A stretch of DNA of 64,000 bases from positions 930,001 through 994,000 of the forward strand of contig AP026131.1 of the NCBI GenBank assembly GCA_030295235.1. Reading direction: 5' to 3'. Each line of letters opens with the position of its first letter. Within the stretch, counting starts at the first letter, position 1. Positions 23,895 to 36,524 of the stretch are shown here, in pieces. Under the pieces are notes generated by a model. It made no database searches. It was not told the DNA's origin and saw only the letters and a list, made by a program, of their open reading frames with translations. This DNA is from Fistulifera solaris (lineage: Eukaryota). Position numbers and translations under genes: made by a program.

Positions 23895-24822
23895 TTCTTA
23901 AAATTCGGGTACATGTATGGATAAAAATAGAGAATACATTAGTTGTATGTATCCAATCCTGTTGCATCGTTCACGTACGCATCTCAGCAAGAGCTCGCTA
24001 CCGAGTTTCTCGAGGTAGAATTGCAAAGGCAGGTACACAACGGCAAATTTCATTTCCAGAGCGCATGAGCGTGACATATAGTGTGATCAATGTTGCTATA
24101 GTGACAAACGCCTAGAGTCTATCAACAAATGCACCGTGATGAAGGCAAATTCTTAAAAAGAATCGACACTTGCTGCCGCCGGTTGAAAAAAGTCGCCTTT
24201 GGCTCAACCGTTTCAATTCGTCGACGGAGACATCATCGGGAGCGCGAATCGCAAACACCGCAACAGCGATGCGCATTCTCTAGGCTACAAGTACTTGACC
24301 GTTTATGCATCCTACTTTATTCCAATGTACGAAGGCGAATGAAAGCAAACACAAGGTAAAGGGAGCTCCGCCTTCATTATTTTTCTCAAAAATTCAAACG
24401 AGAGCAAGGCGGACGTTTTTTATGTTTTTTGAATACATAGATGAAGTTCTTTGTTTAGCACAACGGTTTGCAACGGATAATAAAGAGGGTAGTTTTGCGC
24501 AATATTTTGCGCCTCGGTCGTCACTTCGTCCGCACGGCGTCCGTCAACGCAAAAATAAGGCTTAGACGTAACGATGCGAGGAGGCGCACTTGAAGGTAAA
24601 CAATACTAGAGTGCGCCTTAGCTTGTTTTCACAGCATTTGCAAGTCTCAATCAACCTGTTGTCAAGATTCGAACCAAGTTAATAGAGTGCTTTGTAGATC
24701 TTCGGAGTGGCTGGATATTTTTCTGGAGTGATAAAGGATCACTTATTCAGCAAGTATTTGGGTGAATTTCAATCAAAGTTAAATCGTTTTCCCGTGTTTG
24801 AAGGCACCATAAAACAGCAATC

Positions 24823-27800
24823 ATGACAGGCGATGCGGATGAAGCGGCTCAGCGAGGAAATTTGGTAAAGTCGGTATCACGAGATGCGGAAGTATCTGTT
24901 TCTAGCGCTCAAACGCAAACCCGGTTCAGCTTTTACAATGCGGAGGAATTTACGACAAGGGAAGAACCCAATCCGCATCGTTTTAATTTTTATAATGAGG
25001 AGCTGCAAAGACAAGTTGCAGCACAAACGGCATCTAAATTGGAAGAACCTTTGATTCAAGCATCCGAGGGACACGCAACTTTGAACTCTCCGCAGAATAA
25101 TCCGGATTCAATCGAAATACTTCGCTCTCTCCAACAGCATGAACAGCAAAGGTTAACAGTACTCGACAATCATGTCGATGAAGCGTTAGAGGTGTCTACT
25201 GAGAAGTCGAATCCTTATGAAGATGCAATAAAAGAAGCTCTGGCGCTCTTGAGAAAACATCGCGACCCGAGTAGCTCTGCTAGCTCACTGGATGGTCACA
25301 TGACGACGAGTTCCTTCTCTCCTTCCCTGTCAGGCAGACCCGCTGCCATTGATACCAATCCAATCGGTCACAATCTAGATCACGGAGACAATTTATTCAA
25401 CCCGACAACAACAAATTTGCCACTGTATTCACAATCCACTGCTTTAGATGCGGCGTTCTACCCATCGACGGATGTCATGACGCCCGGATCGATCTCAGCT
25501 CCTGGTGACGCCTACCAGGCGGAAATCGAGGCTCGTCGACGACAACGACAGGAACGCATGGCGAAATATGCTACCCGATTGGCGGAACTCAAGCAAGAGA
25601 ATGGCACGGTCGCGTCGTCATCGTCGCAGCTCGAGAGAACGGAAGACGAAAGTGAACATTTAGGTCTTGTTGCACCAACAACACCCGCTTTAGAACTTTC
25701 TTCTTCCGTATATCGACTGCCATCGCAACCATACGTTGCTTTTCCTTCGAACCAAATACCACACGTTGCATCTGGGTTGACAACAACAAGTCGGATAGAC
25801 GGATATCATCAACAACAAGTTCAACTCGGGGTAGAAAAGGTGCTGCTCGCTATTCTTGACCGGGCCAATAGCGGAAGTTTAGGACAGCAGCAAACGTCAC
25901 CTTTGACGAGTGGATGGCGTCAGGAAGAGAAAAAGTCACGTTCCGATGAAGCTGAACCTATTCGACAACGACAAGACGACGATGACGCCGATCCACTTGT
26001 TCAGGCAATGTCTGAACTTTTACAAAAGCCACCAGCTCCAATGTTTACGGATGATTTACCGTTGATGGAAAGAGAGGAATTGGAGCAAACTCTGGCTCTT
26101 GATTCCTTCAATGAAACCACGTTAAACGCAGGTGAAATTGCTGAGGAATCACCAACTGTACATATCCCGGAAGAAGCATTTCCTTCTGAATTGAGGCTAA
26201 CACACTCTGGCCCGGGACCGGAAGCTCACGCCGAACTGGATCGCATGATTGAAGAAGTCCTTAAGAAGAATTCCGAAGGCGCTGACAGCTGTGACTCCTC
26301 AGATATGTATACTTCTGATCCGATCAACCAACGAGTAAGGCGAATTTTAACAGCTAGCAGCAGTAACGAAGTATCTGATGGTAATCCTAACCAAGAAGAA
26401 AGCGAAAGTCTTTTGCAAGATGAAGAAGATTCCGAGATTCATGATTCAGCAGGGCTTATTGATTCGATAGACGATGTTCTCGACGTCGGAAGCGACAATG
26501 AGAATCGCTACGACGAAGAGACAAATTCTGAAATTGATACCGACAATCCAACTGTTATGAATGGTGTACTGGGGCCCCTTAGTACATTGGCTGGTGGGAC
26601 GACAGGAGTGGTGCTTGAATCAGACTCTTCGGAGGAGTCTCCGTCTCTTTTGACTCAATTTCTGCCGTGGCGCGAAACTTTGTTGCTGGAGTCTCGAGCA
26701 GTAGTGATAGTGAAGCATGTTCATCTGGTACAGAATCTTCTGGAGCACAGAGCAAAGAGAAGTCCCGGACGTACGAGCTGATGAATACATTGTTTGCTCA
26801 TTTAATCTCAGCAGAACTTCCTAAAACCAAGAAAAGATTGTATGACCGGATTCCTTCGTGGGACGAATCAAACCCAGACGAACTGGGATATCGTGTCATT
26901 CGGCTTACGTCGGAACAATTAGAAGAAGTACAAGAGGAGTATGAACTTGAAATGCGTGCGCGTCGAACAGAAAAAGAAAAGCTCGGAGACAATTCATTGG
27001 AAGATGACTTAGAGCACGCAGAGGAGCAGTTGAAAATAGAGGAACGTCTTAAGAAAGCAAATGAGAGTGATGATGGCTTCTTTTCTGCCTGGTCAAAAGA
27101 TTTTAAAGAGTCGGACTGTTTGCAAGAGTTTCCAGGGGTCAAGCCAACTGGTCGCGGTGAGATGGGCGATTTGGAGTTTTTCTGTCTCCCCATTATCTTC
27201 AAATCACACGTTACAGGTTTCGAACCCACGAAAGATATCTATCTTGAAGCAGGAAATATCGTAGCGGGACAGTATCTTGTTGAAGGAGAAATGGGCAGCG
27301 CAGCTTTCAGTACAGCCTACCGGTGTATTGATCTTAATTCAGTGGGCGACGGTCCTGATGGGCATGAAGAAGTGTGCCTGAAAGTTATCAAGAACACTAA
27401 AGATTTCTTTGATCAATCGTTAGACGAGATAAAGATTTTGGAGTTACTGCGACAGACTGGTATGTGTGATCAGAAAAACATCTTGAAGATGAAAACCTTT
27501 TTCTACCATCGCGAGCATTTAATCATTGTCACCGAACTTCTTCGACAAAATCTATTTGAATTCGGAAAGTTTATTACTGACAATGACGAAGAGCCATACT
27601 TCACGATTCCCAGGTTGAGCTATATCACTCGACAATGTCTGGTTGCTCTTGATTTCGTTCACAAGATTGGGCTTGTTCATTCCGACATCAAACCGGAAAA
27701 CATTCTTTTGGCTAGCTACAGTCGAGCAAAGATAAAAGTGATTGATTTTGGAAGCTCTTGCTATTTGACCGACAGGCAATCGTCGTATATCCAATCTCGA

Positions 27801-28369
27801 TCCTACAGAGCACCTGAGGTGGTACTTGGCCTGCCATACGACGGGAGAATCGACATTTGGTCGCTAGGGTGTGTAGTCGCAGAGATGTTTACAGGAGAGG
27901 TAACATTTCAGAATGATTCTGTTGTTTCAATGTTGAGTCGAATTGAAGCGATTTGCGGTCCTGTTCCAAAGCGAATGATCAGTCAGGGTCGCCAGAGCGG
28001 TACATTCTACACCTCTAGTTGTTTACTCTACGAAAAGGTGAAGAAATCACGGAAAGATAGCGATGACTCGCAAAGTGGCAATGACAGGAGTTCAAACGGA
28101 AGCGAGAGCGAAAGTTATCATTTCGACATATTTCAGCCCAAAAGACTACTCTTGCCGCCCGATTAGGCTTTGCTGCAGATCTGATGCGTGACTATGATGC
28201 TGGAAAACAGTTATCGCGAGAGCAGAAAAAACAAGCTGTGTTTGTTGATTTCGTTCGCTCCTTGCTGACCATTGATCCAGAAAAGCGACCAACCGCCGAA
28301 GAAGCCTTGAAGCACCCATGGATGGAATACGCGGCAACTTTGACTGAAGCGGACATAAAGTATCCTTGA
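24823..28369 (+). CDS. CMGC/DYRK-family serine-threonine kinase with long disordered N-terminus
   Basis: GSAAFSTAY, VCLKVIKNTKDFFDQSLDEI, HSDIKPENIL, IDFGSSC, SYIQSRSYRAPE; indels near 26655 and 28140. Confidence 0.92.
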
Positions 28370-28486
28370 TGGATGATTTGTCAATAAAACGTAATTAGGA
28401 ATTGTTGCCTAGCACACATTTAGTAGATTACCAATGAATTCTAGAGTTAAACATTGCGTTCTTGTTTACAAAGACCGCAAGATCGT

Positions 28487-30087
28487 TTACACCGCACCAT
28501 GGGTCATCATTACATTCGCAACACGCATGAAGCCAAGAACGGTTGCCCCCGTGTAAAGGTCGCCACGGGCATTGAATTCAGCTGCAGTTCGTTTGACATC
28601 TTGGTAGATTCTACCGACGTGTTTTGCGAGTTCTTCATCTGTTGCTCCAGTTCCCATTGCATGCACAATGCACGAACCGGTAAGTGTCATGACGTGCGGT
28701 CCGTATAACATGCCGCGTTTCTTAAGAGCGGCGCGTCCTTTGCTCGTGACACAAGATTGCGCACCTTCAATGATGCCTTGGCAGCCATTGTCAGCTAGCT
28801 TATTCACAGCAGCTTCGTCAATACTGTCCATGCCTTCACAGGGAAAGCAAAGATCACAAGCGATGTCCATAATATTCTCCGGATTATTGAACTCTGCGGT
28901 TGTGCTGGAGATGATGTATCGTCCTAGCAATGCCCCTCTCTCCTCCTTAATTTTGTTGACCGTCTTTAAGCTACCTTCCGAGATACCATCCGGTTCGTAC
29001 ACATGCCCACTTGCATCAGAAAATGTGATCGGAATCGCCCCAAATGATAACAATTTGGCAGCCAGGGAGCGAGCAACTTTGTCGCTGCCCATGATCAAGC
29101 ACTGCTTGCCTTTCAAACTGTCTTTCTTGTCTTGAAGCATCTCATTCGCAAAGTGTGCAATTCCGAATCCAGGCGACTGCGAACAAATACATACAATGAG
29201 CGATGACGAAAATAAAAGCCTGTACAAGTTGTAATGCTCACCTCAGGGAAGTCGGCTGACATGAAGTAGCGCCCCGCGACGCTGGCTTTCGGGTTGATAC
29301 GCTTGTACTGGCCAAACATGTAGCCCATTTCTTCCTCCGAAACGCCGCTACCCATGTAAGGGAAATCCTGTTCAGGACCCAAATACTTGGATAGTTCTGT
29401 CATATACGATTGACAGAAGCGCTGCAACTCAGCTTCAGATTTGTCGAGAGGGTTAAAGTCAGAGCCACCCACGGCAGCCCCGGCATCGAAGCCCGTCAAT
29501 GCGTTCGAGAAGACGGTGTTGAAGCTCAGAGACTTGATAATCGAATTGGTGATATGGGAGCCAAAGTGCAAGCTTCCCTGGTAAGGACCAAGAGAACTAC
29601 TGTACTGAATACGGTAACCTCGGTTCATTCGGATAACGCCGGTATCATCAATCCACGAGACACGAAATTGAATGTAGCGTTCCGGCTCCATGAGCGTTTT
29701 TGCCAAGAAAGCATACTTCGGATTTCTGTCAAAAACCGGAGATAGACACATCATTTTGCTCGAAATAGAATCGATAAACTCGCGATCGTACAAGTCACGA
29801 CGTTTGGCTTCTTTGATGAGGAGCTGGGCCGCCTCATTTCCTGTTTTGAAGCGGACGTCACCCTGACGACGAAACAAAGGCTTGTTGCGCCATCCTTTGC
29901 TGATTTTCATCGTCTGGTGGACACCTTCTTCAGAAGTGACCAACGATTTACGAGGACTATCCTGCAGGGACGACGAAAAGCTTCGTGACGCTGCCGGCAT
30001 GGTCGGCATCGCGGTGGACAGCGCAACTCGCTTGGTCGCGACGGATCTGGCGGTAGCGATTCGCAAAGCGGCTCGCGAGAACATCAT
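28487..30087 (-). CDS. Mitochondrial NADP-glutamate dehydrogenase homolog with substituted catalytic residues (probable pseudoenzyme)
   Basis: Mitochondrial-type presequence; EPERYIQFRVSWIDDTG..NRGYRIQYSSSLGPY, RFCQSYMTEL, GYMFGQYKRI, C-terminal GFMRVANVMMTHGAV; in-frame intron 29177-29241. Confidence 0.88.
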
Positions 30088-30515
30088 TGTCACAGCAGTA
30101 ATACAATACTTTGCTGAAGGGTTGAGTGTAAGCAAACGGTTGCTTCTGGAATAAAGTTATTGTTCGATTTTCTCGTTGCAAAACGCCATGTGAATGTGAT
30201 GGCACTCCTATCCTTGAGAGCCGGAGGTTGTCGAGACGCTTGTCGCTTGTCGCTTGTCTAAACTGGGCACTGCGCTGCTCTGCTTGTTCGGTTTCTGAAC
30301 GGATGTACACTCCAAGCTATAGAGTATAAAAATCTTCGCTTCTTTTTGTGGAAAGAAGGTACAGTAGTCGTATGTAGCTTCTATACTGGCTTAACCAGAA
30401 TAGAAGATCCGTTGGTCACGAGTTGAGAGTATCCTAGATTCTAGATGAGGCAACCACTTTTTATTACTGTTAGTTCGAACCCTCTCGATATTGCTTCTTC
30501 TAAACAAACCGTCTT

Positions 30516-33416
30516 CTATATTTTACCATGAGCAAGATCATCGTAATTGTCAATGCGGACTGCTCCGACCGCTTCCATGTCAACGATTCGCGTAAAGGAA
30601 CGAATCGGAGTGCTCGACAAAATTCCCATCCAAACATCGATTGCACTGGATGACGAAACAAAGGTCAGATCGATGAATGTGCAGCCAATCTTCACTATCG
30701 TACACTTACCTAGGATCTCGTGGTTTCGGTAAAACCGGAAGAGCCTTTTCTCCATTTTTCTTTTCGACCCAGTCATCCCCCGACGCAAAATCGTCGCCGT
30801 TAGGTTCATCATATCGTTCTTGTCGCTCCTGTGGAAACTTCTCAATGTCTTCGGCCACACCTTCTTCGGGTACTCCGAATCCATTGTGATCCGCATCGAC
30901 GTCAGCCTCGTCAGCTTCTTCGGCGACACCGTCGTCCGTTGCCTTGTCTTCATCCACTTTACTATCCTCACCTTCCTCGACCTCTTCGAGACGCCTTGCA
31001 TCAGTCTCATCAAGACGACGCTGTTCTTCTGCAGAAGGGTTCCCTTTGCGATCAAGCTCGTTGGATCCGACATCACTGTTCTCGTCAATCGTCTCAACTT
31101 CTTCGCCAATCCACCAGGGTTCATGGCCGGTCTTTTTGGCAATTACCCGGCTCCACATATCGTGCAACCCAGAAATGAATTCGAACGCGGCTTCATCCGA
31201 CGACGAACCCCATTGAAGAACTTCTCCGTATATATCGCATCGAAATAGACGCCCATCATCGTTACTCAATGAATGAACGATTAGCGAAGAATCTATACGC
31301 TGGGAGAACCCGTCGCCGGACATTTCATCCACCAATGCGATCCGAACCATACGGTACGCGTGATGCTGTACTTGATCCTGCCAACTCGTCACATTCCACC
31401 GTATGTTAGATATATGGCCTTCCTTGCGTTTCCCGACAAGCATAGCAGTAGTACCCCGGATATTCTTTTCGTTAAATGGCTGCATTCCACTTTCTTTGAG
31501 AAGCTTCGGTACACTGTTCAAAATGATATCAGGATCGCAGTAAATAGCTTGTTTGGTGGCTACACTAAAGAACAATCCCGGGGATAGTTTTGGAAGCAGC
31601 ATTAAAGCATCGTTCTTCCTCGAATGTTCCGAAAGGTGGACCGGAATCAAACGCCAGAAACCATGCTGTACGATGTGGTCATCGCCCTTTAAGGATAACA
31701 GCTTCTGGTACAGGACACTGCGTTCGGAAACAAAAGCGACATTGCAATTACCGCTTCCTCCGTTGCTATCTTCAACAAAAGGATGTGACTTATCCGACAC
31801 ACTCACCACTGTGGATGGGAGTAACGATAAATCATCTTCCAGCGCAATCGTGTACATGACGGCTCGACATCCGCTCGTGAGCGCTCTCGTGTACGTGAGG
31901 ACATCGTCCCAGAAGGTAGGAATGCACTGCGATTCGTGAGCACATTCCGAGGCACACGGAAAGACCGGCGTCCCTTTCAGACAAGCTGTATCGTATCGCG
32001 AACACGAAATGGACCCCTTACTAGCAATATGCCGCGATGGAGCAAACAGTTTACTGTTCTCCGCGGGTCTTGAGCCATAGGGGTACGTTCGTTCGTAATG
32101 CCAGGCCAGAAGCTGTTCCAGTCCATCCTTTAACTCGACTCGAGGAGAAAAACCCAACAGCGACTCGACCCGAGACATTGAGGCAAACGATGCCGTCGGC
32201 GGCTCTTGCGTCGCATCTTCAACTTGAGGGACACCAGGAAACAAATCCACTAAATGCTTTCCAATGGTTCGTAGCGTGGTCCCTTGACCCGATCCGACAT
32301 TAATCACGACGGGTCGCGGTTCACTTTTCCTACTTTCACTGCTCAACAGGGGTCGGAATTGCATAGCCGACATGACGGCATCGATAGCATCATCAATGTA
32401 TAAATAATCTCGAATATCGTCCAGGTCGGACATGGCATACGGATATTTCGCTTTATCGTCGGGAAGAATGATCGGTGACTCACCCGCGACGATGCGTTCG
32501 GCCATTTCAAATGTCGGACTACCGGGAAGACCCCAAGGACCGTAAATATGAAAGAATCGAAGGCCCACGGAATAAATACCATCCATTTCATAATAAGTTC
32601 GTGCCATGATCTCATCCAGTAGTTTTGAAACGCCGACCAAAGTTGCGGGCGTGGTGACGGGATCTTGCTCTCGAAACGGAGGTTGAAATGCGTCATGATT
32701 CCCGTTGGCGGACGGCGCCAACGTGGTATTGGCTTTGTGATTGTAGATTTCGGACGAAGACGCGTAAACGAAATGCGGTTGTCGTCGTTCCGGGTGTTTC
32801 TTTGTAAACGACTTGATTTGTTCCAAAATCGCTTCCATCATGCCCGCTTTCGGTTGTCCCTTAATACGTGGTATTATTTGCAGCTTTTGCTCGTCCACTT
32901 GTTCTTTTCATTCACATAACCGCGATGATAATGATCGGCAAAATGCACGACATGACTAATATCCGAATGTTGTTGAAAAATATGCGCGAGCACGGGAACT
33001 TCTCCCGAATCGTAATATTCCGGAATGGACGGTCGTAAATCGACGCGATAAAACGATGCCGTGACACCCAAGGTTTGTAAGACGCGAAAAGCGCGTTGTC
33101 GCTTGAATTCAAAGAGAGCCAAATCTTGATCGGTGCGGATTCCCATGGGGAGTGACGGTCCCAACGTCCCAAAGCCCTTGTCCATCGAATCTATGCAGAT
33201 GATCTTTTTCGGTCGGTACGTTCGATACAAGGCAATCGCTAGTTCGGAACCAAGAAAACCTGCGGCGCCGGTAATGACAATAACGGATTCGGGGCCTAAT
33301 GCGTCGGCTGGAACTTCATGACTGGCGGAACGAAGAAGAAGGCCGACCAGAAGAAGCAGAAACAACCCCAGTTTACTCGCCGAAAATCGGCGATTTGAGC
33401 TTGCTGGGTGTCTCAT
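30516..33416 (-). CDS. UDP-glucuronate 4-epimerase-like SDR domain fused to a DUF616 (TOD1/MUCI70) glycosyltransferase-like domain
   Basis: Signal anchor; ITGAAGFLGS, YASSSEIY, GLRFFHIYGPWG, RDYLYIDD; C-terminal LPKLSPGLFF..AIYCD..FRCDIYGEV. Indel near 32905; intron ~30647-30708. Confidence 0.75.
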
Positions 33417-33845
33417 TTTCAAACAAATAAGAGTGATTTGTTCTTAATCTCACCGCGGTAGCATGAGGAAAGGAAAAGAACGTAATGTAGCTGTGAAACA
33501 ATAATGTCAATAGAACGAGCCGTTGTCCATGGTCGATCGCCTATTGTCCTCGTCGCCTCCGTCTTTTTTTTCAACAAAACGGACGACGCTCAGTACTGTC
33601 GCATCGTGTTCATTTGAAAAAGATGTCTGTTGGATACCGTGTGACTTACCAACGGAAATTTGCTCATTTTGTTGGAAATAGTAACATACTATAATGCTTA
33701 TACAAGTTAAACGTTGAGGGATTATTTATGAGTAGTCGTTATGGAAAAACGCTCATTGATCCTTTTCCATCCATTCCTCATCATTGCTGTTGTTGCTCAT
33801 GTCTCATGTTGCATTAGAAATTCTCTCAAACAAATTTTCCACAGT

Positions 33846-36348
33846 ATGGTGGAGTCAAGGGGCTCATGGAAGCGTCCACGACGGAAACGGCCACTCATCG
33901 CCGAGAATGATGACTTGAATGACCATCGACGCAAGGACATGACAACACCCGAATCACCTCCATACGCCCTCCGACGGTCCGCTGAATCGCAAATTATTGA
34001 CGAAACAGAAGATAGTCCCGGTAAACTCAAAGCGCAGCGTCTCGAACTCGTTCGGCCCAAATGGAAAAAGGTGGTCCTTTTCTGCTTGATGCTCAGATGT
34101 CTGTGGTATTTGGGAAAGTTGCATTCGCGTGTATTGACATCTTTGAATTCCGGCACGCCAGTCCTTCGCGTCTTTCATGAAGAAAACAAGAGTAACGATG
34201 ATCTGTACAATTCTACCCTTTCTCAACAACGGCGCAACCGACTCATTCCCAATCAGCACATGAAAGACGGTTCAATTAACAACGGACAACTCATTTCACT
34301 GCCAACAATTATCATAGAGTTAAGTGGCGGCAACTACCACTGGCGAGAACTCTGCCAAAATGCGGGACTGAACGACCAAAGTCGAGTTCTGATCACCAAC
34401 CCTTTCGTTCGGGATTCTCCTGCTTCGGCACTGGCCATGTTTCTACATCATCAATGTCATGTCAAAGATATTCGACTGATCGATCCGATGATGCCCGACG
34501 ACCCTGCGTCGCGCGCACGCATCTTTCGACAATATTTGGCACCTTTGCAGAAAAGTATCCCGACACTTAAGTCAGTGGAGATTGCGACCGTGGGGAAAGC
34601 TTCCAACTGGTTCGTACACCGACAGTTCGACAAGAACATCACGCTAATGGCACCGACCCATGTGATTCATTTTCCGTTCATAAACGCGGCGAACACACTC
34701 GACGCGCGGCTTTCCGAATCGAATTTTCGATTATTATCGTATCGCACGGCTACATTGCAAATGGAAGAATATCTTTGGCAAATTTTGCAAGAATCATCGA
34801 CCGCATCCTATCTACATGTCTCATATCCTACTTCCTATGACAAAGGCAATCCGCTGGTCTTCGGTCTTTCCCAGCAACTGTCGTCGGTCCTATATCGCTA
34901 CTCTACTACGATGCGGAGTGCATCGAGAAATCAATTGCATCTGTTGCCGACCTTTGGACCTGGGGTTCTGGCAACGAGCCAAAAGTTCTTCTCCACTTCG
35001 GTTTATATTGAGGACGCTCTGGCTGCAATTCTGATGGCAATGCGTCCAACCCAGCACCCTATTCGCTACGTGCTTCCACGTTCTGTTGAAGTACCACCGA
35101 AGAGAATCCCAAAATGGTCCTGGCTCCAATCCAAAAAGCTTCATAGTAACAATACCCGATCCTTGCAATCGCTGGCATGGTTGGCCGATCACGAACACAA
35201 TGTTCATACGCACGTCCAACTGGAGAGCACCCTTGCGGAGCCATTGCAAGCTGCGTCGTTACGAAATGGCGACTGGTTGGGGTTACGGAATCCGACCTTT
35301 CCGTGCATATCTGCCTGTGGCAGCCCAGCATCGCGATGCGAGTCCTCGATTTGGGACGACATTGCCCCAGTGAGTCGAAAGGCCACTGCCAATTGCAGTC
35401 ACGTCGCCTATCAAGTCGATCTGGACCAAGAGCTGGATGCTCTACCGGAAATATCTCCTCGTATACCGAAACTCTGTCGTTTGGCTTTTGTTTCTGCTTC
35501 GGCTCCTATTGTGAATGCAGCCATCCAGCAAACTATACAAGACGGAGAGGAGGTTGAAGATGATACGAATCGCTCATTGAAAGAGAATGTAAAAATGATG
35601 AACGGAATGTTGGATTACTCCGGATGGACTCTTATTTGGTTATCACCAGCCGACGATATACTCAGTCAGGGGAGACAATGCTATTCCAGTGATCGACCCA
35701 ACGGCACTGTTTGCCGATCACATTGAAAAAGTCATGTACGTGGGGAGTTCTTCACTCGCGGCTACGGCAGATGTCGCCCTGCGTCAAATCATGCAAAGCA
35801 CAGATCGCGCCAGCTCCACCGGGGACAAGGTCAAGGAGACTCGCCGTGGTGTATCAGGACATCGCTGGATCATCACGGAGCCATACAAAGCAAGAAAGAC
35901 CGTATTTTTTGTGGGCGGAGCAGGTCCTATGTACATACCCAAAAACGTTTCCGACTTTGCTGACATGGTGAGCGATTTGGTCAAGCTTCCCGACAACCAA
36001 CTATTGTTCTATGAGCGCGTTGTAGATCTCTCTCGACACGAGGATACGAACAGCATGAAAGCTGTTGAGTTCCAATTTGTTTGGGTTGCGCTCTCTGTTT
36101 TCATACACGATTTGAAGTCGAAAGAAGCCCAGACGTTTCGTTGCGAGTGGTTCAATGAATACATGGCATGGGGCGACAACAGGAATGCCGAAGAACTTAG
36201 TCTCGCGTTTTTGTTGGGATTGAAACGTGTGGAAGGAATTATGGGCCCCGAAAAGGAAAAGAGCTGGTTTCCATTCCTCGATAGCGACGGAAATCAACTT
36301 TTAACGAGTCGCGACGAAGAAGTATTCATACGTATTTTGAGTCAGTAG
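33846..36348 (+). CDS. Divergently transcribed paralog: highly degenerate epimerase-like domain plus DUF616-like domain
   Basis: Type II TM. FPCISACG..SIWDDIAPVSRKATANCSHVAY parallels FPCASECA..TFWDDVLTYTRALTSGCRAVMY in the neighbour. FRCEWFNEY..EELSLAF resembles DUF616. Indel near 35670. Confidence 0.7.
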
Positions 36349-36524
36349 CTACGTATTAAGGCATTTAACTTGACTGTGGGACCACTTAACGATAATTTGA
36401 TCACGTTAAGTTTTTTAAAGATGACTTTTGCGATGAACACACTTGGTTTGTGACTCAACGTTAAAGCCGCGAGAAATCTATGCAAGGGGTTCGTCCTCCA
36501 CGCCGTGCAAGGCACCAGGATGGC

